Assembly (NCBI GenBank): GCA_034669905.1 | Contig: JAXMOL010000078.1 | Coordinates: forward strand, 1-20,540 | Source of the DNA: Candidatus Hydrogenedentota bacterium | Lineage (GTDB): Bacteria; Hydrogenedentota; Hydrogenedentia; Hydrogenedentales; JAEUWI01 | Direction of reading: 5' to 3' | Length of the DNA: 20,540 nt | Shown: one piece after another, positions 6,990-15,629 of the stretch | Layout: the number at the start of each line of letters is the position of its first letter | Position numbering within the stretch: the first letter of the stretch is position 1 | Made by a program: the position numbers and the translations under genes | The notes under the pieces: generated by a model | What the model was told of the DNA's origin: nothing | Seen by the model: only the letters and a program-made list of their open reading frames with translations | The model's database searches: none

Positions 6990-9900
6990 TTGGGAGCCTT
7001 TGCACGGTTGTCTTCGGTGGGATGCATGGGGCTTGCCATGCTGATGGGGCTGTCGGTCTATGCCGGTCCAACCCTGAATGCTGCGGATTTGGTCGTGGTC
7101 GGCCGAAACACCGACCTGGACGATGAGTTTGGGTTGGTTGCCCTCGCCGATATTCCGGGGGGTTCCGTCGTTTTCCTTACCGATGAAGGGTGGGACGACA
7201 ACGATTTCACCTTTGATGGTTCCGAGGACGTCTTCCAATGGACCGTACCGGTCGCCGGCATTTCGGCCGGCACGCTGATTTTCTTCACCAACGAATCCAC
7301 CACGACGCTGGAGTTGCAGAGTGCGAGTCACGGCACCCTGAGCCACCCCAATGGCAGCAACGATATGAACTTGTCGGCCGGTGATCAGCTTTTTATCTAC
7401 CAGACGGCAAACGATACCTACAATGGTACGATTCAGCGCAAAGATGGCTCCGGCGGGGCGGAGGCCGGGATGATTTACGCCTTTAACGGAGACAATACCA
7501 GTCCCAGCACCAACGGGTGGCTCAACGCGGGCAACACCCACAGTTCCTCCGCGAGCCAGGCGCCGGACAATATGACGGTGCTGTCGACGTCCGACGGCAC
7601 GGGCAATGCCAATGTAGCCAACGCCAATGGCATGCTGACCCAGGCGGATGTGCTGCAGGTATCGGATGTCATGGGTCCGAGCTCCCGTATGGTGACGGAC
7701 GAGTACGACAACTATGCCTACAATGGTCCGACGACGCAGACCGATAAGGCCGGCTGGCTGATTCGTCTGCACACGACCGCCAATTGGATGGCCACCGATG
7801 TCGACATATTCGATATTGGTGACGTGAACTACACGCCCATTGCGACACCCGCGTTGCAGGCGGATTTCATGGTCACCCCCCCCAACGTCGACCCCGTCAT
7901 CACCCAGGGCGCAGGCCCGCTGGCCGTGACCATGAGCGAAGATGGATCGCCCACGGCCTTTGTGGCCCCCACCCTGGGTGCGACAGACGGAGATGGCGAC
8001 ACGCTGACGTGGTCGGTCTCCTCCGCCGCCAGCAACGGCACGGCTACCGTGAGTGGTACGGGCGCAACTCCGAGCACGTTCACCTATGTGCCCACCGCAA
8101 ACTACGTCGGCATGGACAGCTTCACGATTGAGGTTTCCGATGGCAACACGGGCACCGATACCATTGCGGTCAATGTGACGGTGGAGGCCGTAAACGATGC
8201 GCCCGTCATCCTCGGCGACCACGGCTTCGCGGGCAAGTGGGGTTCCAACGGCTCGGGCAATGGCCAGTTCAGCATGAACCAAACGGCCTACATCGCGCTC
8301 GATGCGTCGGGCAATGTCTATGTGGCGGATTTCCTTAATGACCGTATTCAGAAATTTGATGCCGACGGTAATTATATCGCCCAATTTGGTGGCAACGGCA
8401 CGGGCGATGGTCAGTTTCGGCGGATAACGGGTATTGCCATCGATTCCAGCGGCAACATATACGCCTCGGACCGGAATGCCCACCGCATTCAAAAGTTTAA
8501 TTCCAGTGGTGCGTTCTTGTTGGCGTGGGGTTCCCAGGGTAATGGCAACGGTCAGTTTGAAAGCCCCGAAGGGATCGGGGTGGACTCATCCAACAATATC
8601 TATGTTGCGGACCGCAACAACCATCGCGTGCAAAAGTTCGATTCCAGCGGCAATTTCATTGCGGTCTGGGGCGGAACGGCCTCCAGTAGTGCCGACGGCC
8701 AGTTCGATACTCCCTACGGCGTGGCTGTGGATGCCGCGGACAACGTCTATGTGAGCGAAGAAGGCAATGACCGTATTCAAGTCTTGAATGCCAGTGGCGT
8801 ATTCCAACGGAAGTGGGGCAGCAACGGGTCGGGCGACGGACAGTTCAACGCGGCCCGCAGCGTAACCGTAGGCACCGATGGTCGGATCTATGTTACCGAC
8901 CACAACTTGCATCGCGTCCAATCCTTTACCTCCGACGGCGTCTTCGTCGAAAAATGGGGTGCCAGCGGCTCGGCCGACGGCGCGTTCAATCGTCCCTCGG
9001 GTATCGTCCAGTCGGCTGCGGGCAGGGTATATGTCGTGGATCAATTCAACAGCCGCGTTCAGTATTTCGAACGCACCGCCGCCAGTAGCACGGTCGCCGT
9101 TGCGATGGACGAAGACAGCAGCCCGACATCCTTCGTGCTCACACTCTTCGCAAGTGATGAAGAGGCCGACACGCTTACCTGGAGTATCTCCAGCGCCGCC
9201 AGCCACGGCACGGCCACGACGTCTGGAACGGGCACCGCCAAAGATATCGCCTACGCGCCCTCGACAGACTACAATGGCGCAGATAGTTTTGACGTGCAGG
9301 TGAGTGATGGCAATGGCGGCACCGACACGATAACGGTCAATGTCACCATCAGCGCCCAGGCCGACGCCCCGGTCATCACGCAGGGCGCAGGGCCGCTGGC
9401 CGTCACCATGAGCGAAGACGGATCGCCTACGGCTTTTGCGGCCCCCACCCTCGGCGCGACGGATGGAGATGGCGACACGCTGACGTGGTCGGTATCTTCC
9501 GCTGCCAGCCACGGCACGGCGACGGTAAGCGGAACGGGGGCGGCTCCGAGCACGTTCACCTATGTACCCACCACCAACTACGTCGGCATGGACAGCTTCA
9601 CGGTCCAGGTTTCTGATGGCAATATGGGCACCGACACCATTACGGTGGATGTTATTATCGAAGCGCAGAACGATGCCCCTGTCATCACGCAGGGCGCAGG
9701 CCCGCTGACCGTCACGATGGATGAAGACGGCACGCCCACCGCCTTTGTGGCACCCACAGTCGACGCGAGTGATGTGGAAATGGACACCCTCACGTGGTCC
9801 GTTTCCTCGGAAGCGTCGAATGGCACAGCGACGGTCAGTGGTACGGGCGCGGCACCTTCGACCTTCACCTATGTGCCGGAAGCGGACTACAACGGCATGG

Positions 9901-12900
9901 ATCGTTTCACCGTTCAAGTCTCCGATGGCAATGGCGGTGCCGATACCATTGAGGTCGACGTTACGGTGAACGCCGTCAACGATGCGCCCGTATTCACAAG
10001 TTCCTATAGCTCTGTCGGCACCTGGGGCGAGGAGGGAAGTGGGGCTGGCCAGTTAGTCCTGCCAACCTACCTGGACCTCGATAGTGCCGGGAATGTGTAT
10101 GTGGCCGATTCCGATAACGATCGGATCCAGGTCTTCGACGCCGACGGCACCTTCCTCCGGGAGTGGGGTACCGAGGGGAGTGGCGACGGACAATTCGAGA
10201 ATCCGTCTGGGGTCGCCGTCGATAGCAGTGACAACGTTTACGTGGCCGACTTTGATTCCAATCGGATTCAGAAGTTCGATTCCAATGGAAACTTTCTGCT
10301 GGCATGGGGCGCGGCGGGCACGGGTAATGGAGAATTTGATGCGCCCTACGGTGTTGCCGCAGACGGAGATGGGAACATCTACGTCTCCGATTCGGAGAAC
10401 CACCGTATCCAGAAATTCGATTCCAACGGCAATTTCCTCCTGGTTTGGGGAACGTCCGGTACCGGCAACGGAGAATTTAATCTTCCCTTCGGTATCGCCA
10501 CGGACGGAGACGACAACGTATACGTCACCGATTCGAGTAACAGCCGGGTGCAAGTCTTTGATGCGGGCGGAACCTTCCTTCGTACGTGGGGGAGCGCCGG
10601 CGAAGAGGAAGGACAGTTTTCAGGGATCATCGGCATCGATGTGGCTCCCGACGGCACCGTCTACACCACCGAACTCCAGCAAGGGCGCGTACAGGCGTTC
10701 CGGCCCGACGGCACGTTCCTCGCTGCCTGGGGAGAGTTCGGAACCGAGGTGGGGCAATTGGCTTCCCCGGTCGATATTGTCGTTGCACCTTCCGGTCGCG
10801 TCTATGTGGCGGAGGCCTACGCCTTCCGCGTGCAGTACTTCGAAAGCGAAGTGCTAGGGGCGACGCTGGCGGTGACGCTGGATGAAGACGGCGCGCCCAC
10901 ACCCTTTGCGCTGCAATTGATAGCCACCGACGCCGAAGGCGACACCATAACCTGGAGCATATCCAGCCCGGCCGCCCATGGTGTGGCCACCGTCTCGGGC
11001 ACCGGAACGTCTAAGTCCATCGCCTATGTGCCCACGGCAAATTATCACGGCACCGACAGCTTCGACGTGCAGGTTGACGACGGAAACGGCGGCACCGATA
11101 CGGTGACCATAAACGTGACCATCGATCCAGTAAACGACGTCCCGGTTATTACCCAGGGCGACGGTCCACTTGCCGTTACCATGTCGGAAGATGGAAGTCC
11201 GACGGACTTTGTCGCCCCCACATTGGGCGCGACCGATATCGACAGCGGAGACACGCTGACCTGGTCCGTTTCTTCGGCTGCCAGCAACGGTACGGCTACG
11301 GTGAGCGGTGATGGCGCTTCGCCCGGCACCTTCATCTATGTGCCGTACGTGGATTACAACGGCTCGGACAGCTTCACGGTGCAGGTATCCGACACGAACG
11401 GTGGTACGGACACCATCGTCGTGAACGTCACCGTTGCTGCGGTAAACGATGCCCCGGTGATCACCCAGGGCGCCGGGCCGTTGGCGGTGACCATGGATGA
11501 GGACGGCAGCCCCGTGGCCTTCACGGCACCGATCCTCGGCGGGACGGATGTGGACGGCGATACCCTGACATGGTCGGTTTCTTCGGCCGCGAGCCATGGC
11601 ACCGCCACGGTCAGTGGCACGGGTGCGGCCCCGGCAACCTTCACCTATGTGCCCGATGCGGAGTACAGTGGCTCGGACAGCTTCACGGTGCAGGTATCCG
11701 ACGGAAAGGGCGGTACGGACACCATCGTCATGGACGTCACCGTCGGTGCAGTAAACGATGCCCCGGTGATTACCCAAGGGGATGATCCGTTAACGGTGAC
11801 CATGGATGAGGATGGGGTGCCCTCGGCGTTCGTGGCCCCCGCCCTGAGCGCTACGGATGCCGAAGATGATGTCCTTACGTGGTCGCTGGTCACGCCCCCC
11901 AGCCATGGCACGGCAACGGTGAGTGGAACCGGCACCGCGCCCGCAACCCTTCACTATGCGCCAATCGCTCACTTCAACGGTATGGACAGCTTTACGGTAC
12001 AAGTGGATGATGGCAACGCGGGTGTCGATACCATCGCCATCAACGTTACGGTTGCCCTGCAAAATGACGCGCCCGTACTGGAAACGAAGTATGGATATGT
12101 CGGTGCTTTCGGTAGCTATGGATCGGCTTCGGGCGAATTCATCAACCCGACCTTCATGGCGACGGACAGCGCCCGGAACCTGTATGTAGCCGATACGGGT
12201 AACCAGCGGATTCAGAAATTCGATGCCGATGGAAACTTTCTACTGGCGTGGGGAGGCCAGGGGACCTCGGATGGACAATTCGAGCGTCCTTTCGGTATGG
12301 GCATCGATTCCACCGACGCCGTATTCGTGGCGGATTTTACGCGCAAAGATGTGCAGAAATTCGACGCCGACGGCAATTTCCTCATGAAATGGGAGGTGCC
12401 TTTGCCAGATAACGCAGCACCTACGGGACTCGCGGTCGGACCCGGCGATGTGATTTACGTGGCCGACAGCGGGAATAACCGCGTTCATAAGTTTGACGCC
12501 GACGGGAATTACCTCCTGTATTTCGGAGGCTTTGGCAGTGCAGAGGGTGAAATGGCCAATCCGTATGGGGTGGCTGTCGATTCCTCGGGGTACGTCTATG
12601 TGACCGAAATTAGCAATGAACGTGTGCAGGTCTTCTCCGAATCCGGTGTGTTCATCCGCTCCCTGGAGACCCCGGGGCCGGGTGCGGAACCCTTGCTGGC
12701 TCCCTTGGGCGTCGCGATCGGGCAAGATGGGACGCTGTTCTTTGCGGAGAGTGGCGAGGCACCCCGGGCCGCCCGCTTCTTGAGTGATGGTACCCTTTTC
12801 GAGCGAATCGGTGCCGACCCGGCGGACCCGGTCCTGATTGGGCATCCCAATGGGGTGACACTCAGTAGCGACAATCGACTCTACGTTGCAGACAGTACGA

Positions 12901-14162
12901 CGAATGGCATTGTGTATTACGAACAGCAAGCCTTCGACGAGACCCTTGCTGTTTCCATGGATGAAGATGGCATGACCGAGCCGTTTGCCCTAACCCTGCA
13001 GGCGCTGGATAAGGATGGCGATACGTTGACCTGGTCCATTTCGGTGCCGTCCAGCATCGGCGTCGCAGCGGTGAGCGGTACGGGATTCTCGAAGGCAATT
13101 GCCTACACGCCACCGGCGGATTTCCACGGCACCGACAGTTTCGAGGTGCACGTGACCGACGGAAACGGCGGAACCGACTCGGTCAGGGTGGCGGTGACTG
13201 TCGTGCCGCAGGACGATGCGCCGGTTATCGCCGTGCTGGAGACCCTGACCCTCGAGGAAGGCAATAGCGCCCTGCTCGATACCGCCGTTCTATCCACAAC
13301 GGACGTGGATACGGCGGATACCAGACTCGTATATAGCATCGAAGTGCCGCCGCTCCGCGGACGCCTGATACAGGTGCCGAATCCGGGCGTGGCCTTCACG
13401 CAGTTTACCCAGGATGATCTGGTTCGTAGCCTCCTCGCGTACGTCCACGACGGGGGTGAGTCTACGGCCGACAGTTTCACGTTTAGCGTGTCGGATGGCA
13501 CCACGACCGAAGTTCGTGCCTTCAACATAGCCGTGGAACCGGTAAACGATCCGCCCGTCTTGGATGCGATTGGCGCGCAGGTCATACAAGAAGGGGAAAC
13601 GCTCTCGTTTGCCCTTTCTGCCACGGACCCCGAGGAAGATGCCCTTGGCTTCGAGGTGACAGGACTGCCATCCGGTGCTACCTTCGATGCCGTGATGGGT
13701 ACCTTTGTGTGGATGCCAGGCATGGGCGACGCGGGGACCTATGAACTGACCTTCACGGTTACGGACCGTGGCGTTCCAGCGGAGCAGGATAGCGAAATCG
13801 TAACCATTACCGTTGTTGCCATGGCGGGTGAAGGCGAAGGTGAAGGCGAAGGTGAAGGCGAAGGTGAAGGCGAAGGTGAAGGTGAAGGCGAAGGTGAAGG
13901 TGAAGGTGAAGGTGAAGGTGAAGGTGAAGGTGAAGGTGAAGGTGAAGGCGAGGGCGAGGGCGAGGGCGAGGGCGAGGGTGAGGGTGAGGGCGAGGGCGAG
14001 GGCGAAGGCGAAGGCGAAGGCGAGGGTGAGGGTGAGGGTGAAGGATGCCCCTTCTTAATGCGAAAGGGTTTTGTCGAATTTGCGACGGAACAAATGGCCG
14101 ATCTTCTACTGATTGGCGTCTCGTTGCTCAGCATGCTGTGTTGGCGTACGGTGCCCCGGTAG
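6990..14162 (+). CDS. Large secreted surface protein, adhesin-like (~2390 aa): N-terminal extracellular domain, 9 cadherin-like/Big_9 Ig repeats, three 6-bladed NHL propellers, cadherin-like (CSPG-type) and putative-Ig domains, (GE)36 linker, C-terminal membrane tail
   Basis: NDAPVI...DSFTVQVSDGNGGTDT repeats of ~103 aa. 18 NHL repeats (F.xP.G.AVD..GNVYVAD..N.RIQKFD). Start placed at in-frame TTG 6990, 7 nt after AAGGAG (6977-6982), giving a 25-aa signal peptide ending in VYA. The ORF track starts at ATG 6927. Confidence 0.9.
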   Translation: MGAFARLSSVGCMGLAMLMGLSVYAGPTLNAADLVVVGRNTDLDDEFGLVALADIPGGSVVFLTDEGWDDNDFTFDGSEDVFQWTVPVAGISAGTLIFFTNESTTTLELQSASHGTLSHPNGSNDMNLSAGDQLFIYQTANDTYNGTIQRKDGSGGAEAGMIYAFNGDNTSPSTNGWLNAGNTHSSSASQAPDNMTVLSTSDGTGNANVANANGMLTQADVLQVSDVMGPSSRMVTDEYDNYAYNGPTTQTDKAGWLIRLHTTANWMATDVDIFDIGDVNYTPIATPALQADFMVTPPNVDPVITQGAGPLAVTMSEDGSPTAFVAPTLGATDGDGDTLTWSVSSAASNGTATVSGTGATPSTFTYVPTANYVGMDSFTIEVSDGNTGTDTIAVNVTVEAVNDAPVILGDHGFAGKWGSNGSGNGQFSMNQTAYIALDASGNVYVADFLNDRIQKFDADGNYIAQFGGNGTGDGQFRRITGIAIDSSGNIYASDRNAHRIQKFNSSGAFLLAWGSQGNGNGQFESPEGIGVDSSNNIYVADRNNHRVQKFDSSGNFIAVWGGTASSSADGQFDTPYGVAVDAADNVYVSEEGNDRIQVLNASGVFQRKWGSNGSGDGQFNAARSVTVGTDGRIYVTDHNLHRVQSFTSDGVFVEKWGASGSADGAFNRPSGIVQSAAGRVYVVDQFNSRVQYFERTAASSTVAVAMDEDSSPTSFVLTLFASDEEADTLTWSISSAASHGTATTSGTGTAKDIAYAPSTDYNGADSFDVQVSDGNGGTDTITVNVTISAQADAPVITQGAGPLAVTMSEDGSPTAFAAPTLGATDGDGDTLTWSVSSAASHGTATVSGTGAAPSTFTYVPTTNYVGMDSFTVQVSDGNMGTDTITVDVIIEAQNDAPVITQGAGPLTVTMDEDGTPTAFVAPTVDASDVEMDTLTWSVSSEASNGTATVSGTGAAPSTFTYVPEADYNGMDRFTVQVSDGNGGADTIEVDVTVNAVNDAPVFTSSYSSVGTWGEEGSGAGQLVLPTYLDLDSAGNVYVADSDNDRIQVFDADGTFLREWGTEGSGDGQFENPSGVAVDSSDNVYVADFDSNRIQKFDSNGNFLLAWGAAGTGNGEFDAPYGVAADGDGNIYVSDSENHRIQKFDSNGNFLLVWGTSGTGNGEFNLPFGIATDGDDNVYVTDSSNSRVQVFDAGGTFLRTWGSAGEEEGQFSGIIGIDVAPDGTVYTTELQQGRVQAFRPDGTFLAAWGEFGTEVGQLASPVDIVVAPSGRVYVAEAYAFRVQYFESEVLGATLAVTLDEDGAPTPFALQLIATDAEGDTITWSISSPAAHGVATVSGTGTSKSIAYVPTANYHGTDSFDVQVDDGNGGTDTVTINVTIDPVNDVPVITQGDGPLAVTMSEDGSPTDFVAPTLGATDIDSGDTLTWSVSSAASNGTATVSGDGASPGTFIYVPYVDYNGSDSFTVQVSDTNGGTDTIVVNVTVAAVNDAPVITQGAGPLAVTMDEDGSPVAFTAPILGGTDVDGDTLTWSVSSAASHGTATVSGTGAAPATFTYVPDAEYSGSDSFTVQVSDGKGGTDTIVMDVTVGAVNDAPVITQGDDPLTVTMDEDGVPSAFVAPALSATDAEDDVLTWSLVTPPSHGTATVSGTGTAPATLHYAPIAHFNGMDSFTVQVDDGNAGVDTIAINVTVALQNDAPVLETKYGYVGAFGSYGSASGEFINPTFMATDSARNLYVADTGNQRIQKFDADGNFLLAWGGQGTSDGQFERPFGMGIDSTDAVFVADFTRKDVQKFDADGNFLMKWEVPLPDNAAPTGLAVGPGDVIYVADSGNNRVHKFDADGNYLLYFGGFGSAEGEMANPYGVAVDSSGYVYVTEISNERVQVFSESGVFIRSLETPGPGAEPLLAPLGVAIGQDGTLFFAESGEAPRAARFLSDGTLFERIGADPADPVLIGHPNGVTLSSDNRLYVADSTTNGIVYYEQQAFDETLAVSMDEDGMTEPFALTLQALDKDGDTLTWSISVPSSIGVAAVSGTGFSKAIAYTPPADFHGTDSFEVHVTDGNGGTDSVRVAVTVVPQDDAPVIAVLETLTLEEGNSALLDTAVLSTTDVDTADTRLVYSIEVPPLRGRLIQVPNPGVAFTQFTQDDLVRSLLAYVHDGGESTADSFTFSVSDGTTTEVRAFNIAVEPVNDPPVLDAIGAQVIQEGETLSFALSATDPEEDALGFEVTGLPSGATFDAVMGTFVWMPGMGDAGTYELTFTVTDRGVPAEQDSEIVTITVVAMAGEGEGEGEGEGEGEGEGEGEGEGEGEGEGEGEGEGEGEGEGEGEGEGEGEGEGEGEGEGEGEGEGEGEGEGEGCPFLMRKGFVEFATEQMADLLLIGVSLLSMLCWRTVPR
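13827..14042 (+). repeat. Coding hexanucleotide tandem repeat GGYGAR x36, encoding (Gly-Glu)36
   Basis: 216 nt of GGTGAA/GGCGAA/GGCGAG/GGTGAG units, in frame. Confidence 0.98.
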
Positions 14163-14288
14163 CCGCACGCCACGGGGTCCCGTCTCCTCGATTGTGGTAC
14201 AGTTCCAGAGAGAAAACCGCCGGGCCGCCGCGTTATCTCAGGGAAGGTAGCAACGCCCGCCCGCGGGCTACCCATCGGAACTGCACCC

Positions 14289-15563
14289 ATGACAACCGTG
14301 TATAAACCACTGGCCCTGCTTGTCTTGTGTATCGTCGCCCCCGCTGTTGCGACTGAGCTCAATGAGGCACCGTCCCCCTTGCCCGCGGGAATCCCCCAGG
14401 TGCAAAAGGGCGCCGGGGCCACCGGACTGTCCGTGGACACCCTCGACCGAAACGCGGTCCGCGCCTTCTACAACGACGTGTATTTGCCCGGGGAAAGCGT
14501 GGAACCCGGCTGGACCGGGAGCACGGGTTCCTGCACGCCGGGCACCACCACGAACGCCTATCTCACGGCCACGGCCACGCGCATCAATTTCTACCGGGCC
14601 ATGGCCGGCCTTCCTGCTAACATCCAACTCGACCCCGCCCTCAATGCCCAATGCCAGGAGGCCGCCCTCATGATGTCGGCCGAAAACCGCCTGAGTCACT
14701 CCCCACCAGCGACGTGGGCCTGTTACGCGTCGGACGGTGCGCTGGCGGCCGCGCGCTCCAACCTTTCCCTGGGGAATGCGGGCCCCCAATCGATTGATGC
14801 CTACATGGAAGATCGCGGTGCGGGCAATCGGGCGGCCGGTCATCGCCGATGGATACTCGACCCCGGGCAAACCATCATGGGCTCGGGCTCGGTGAGCGGG
14901 AATGGGGCCCGGGCGGCCAATGCCCTCTGGGTTATCAATGGGGGCAGTGACAGCGGCGTCTCCCAACCCGCCTCGTGGCCCTCCATGGGCTTCTTCCCCA
15001 AGCCCCTGATTATCGCGCGCTGGTCCTACTCGCACCCCCAGGCCGATTTCTCCGGCGCGACCGTGCGTATGTTTGAAGATGGGGAAGAGAAAACGCTGGT
15101 GCAGAACCCCATCAGCAATGGCTTTGGCGACAACACCCTCGTCTGGGAGCCCCAGATTGGCCTTCCCCCACCCGGTGCGGATGTGACCTACCGCATCGAG
15201 ATTTCCGGCATGCGCATTGGCGGCGTGGTCCAGCCGGTCGCCTACGACGTGTTTGCCACCGACATAACGGGCAGCACGTCCGGTGAAGGTGAAGGTGAAG
15301 GTGAAGGTGAAGGTGAAGGTGAAGGTGAAGGCGAAGGCGAAGGCGAAGGCGAAGGCGAAGGCGAAGGCGAAGGCGAAGGCGAAGGCGAAGGCGAAGGCGA
15401 AGGCGAAGGCGAGGGTGGAGGTGGAGATGAAGGCACGACGACGGTAGGCTGCGTACAGTCCAAACTTGCCGACGTCGGCATCCGCCTCAGCGAGCTCTTC
15501 GGCGATCTGGTGCTATTCCTCCTGGCAACCCTAACCTTATATACCTACCCCCAACTACACTAG
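14289..15563 (+). CDS. Secreted CAP (SCP/PR-1) domain protein with a beta-rich domain, (GE)22 linker and C-terminal membrane tail (424 aa)
   Basis: Signal peptide [24 protein letters not shown] motifs [45 protein letters not shown]. Confidence 0.9.
   Translation: MTTVYKPLALLVLCIVAPAVATELNEAPSPLPAGIPQVQKGAGATGLSVDTLDRNAVRAFYNDVYLPGESVEPGWTGSTGSCTPGTTTNAYLTATATRINFYRAMAGLPANIQLDPALNAQCQEAALMMSAENRLSHSPPATWACYASDGALAAARSNLSLGNAGPQSIDAYMEDRGAGNRAAGHRRWILDPGQTIMGSGSVSGNGARAANALWVINGGSDSGVSQPASWPSMGFFPKPLIIARWSYSHPQADFSGATVRMFEDGEEKTLVQNPISNGFGDNTLVWEPQIGLPPPGADVTYRIEISGMRIGGVVQPVAYDVFATDITGSTSGEGEGEGEGEGEGEGEGEGEGEGEGEGEGEGEGEGEGEGEGEGEGGGGDEGTTTVGCVQSKLADVGIRLSELFGDLVLFLLATLTLYTYPQLH
15282..15413 (+). 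repeat. Coding hexanucleotide tandem repeat encoding (Gly-Glu)22
   Basis: (GGTGAA)8(GGCGAA)13(GGCGAG)1, 132 nt, in frame. Confidence 0.98.
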
Positions 15564-15569
15564 CTTCGG

Positions 15570-15621
15570 TTGACTGGTCAGGGCCTATCCCGTATTCTTC
15601 CTATTCACTTTTGAACAGGAG
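15570..15621 (+). promoter_or_regulatory. Sigma70 promoter and ribosome-binding site of the first oxidoreductase gene
   Basis: TTGACT (15570-15575), 17 nt, TATTCT (15593-15598). AGGAG at 15617-15621, 8 nt before GTG 15630. Confidence 0.65.
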
Positions 15622-15629
15622 AAGATACC

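Noticed and set aside
6671..6990. c-di-GMP riboswitch upstream of the surface protein
   Set aside because: Looked for because of the adjacent HD-GYP gene, but I could not see the class I or class II consensus elements by eye. A covariance-model scan would be decisive.
6954..13723. Many minus-strand ORFs, including 512 aa, 443 aa and repeated 96-aa ORFs
   Set aside because: Antisense shadows of the Ig/NHL gene. Their repetition mirrors the sense-strand repeats.
13739..14440. (Pro-Ser)n minus-strand ORF and (Lys-Ala/Lys-Val)n alternative-frame ORF 13813-14058; likewise 15242-15481
   Set aside because: Alternative readings of the GGYGAR tracts. Only the GE frame joins a signal-peptide protein to a membrane tail.
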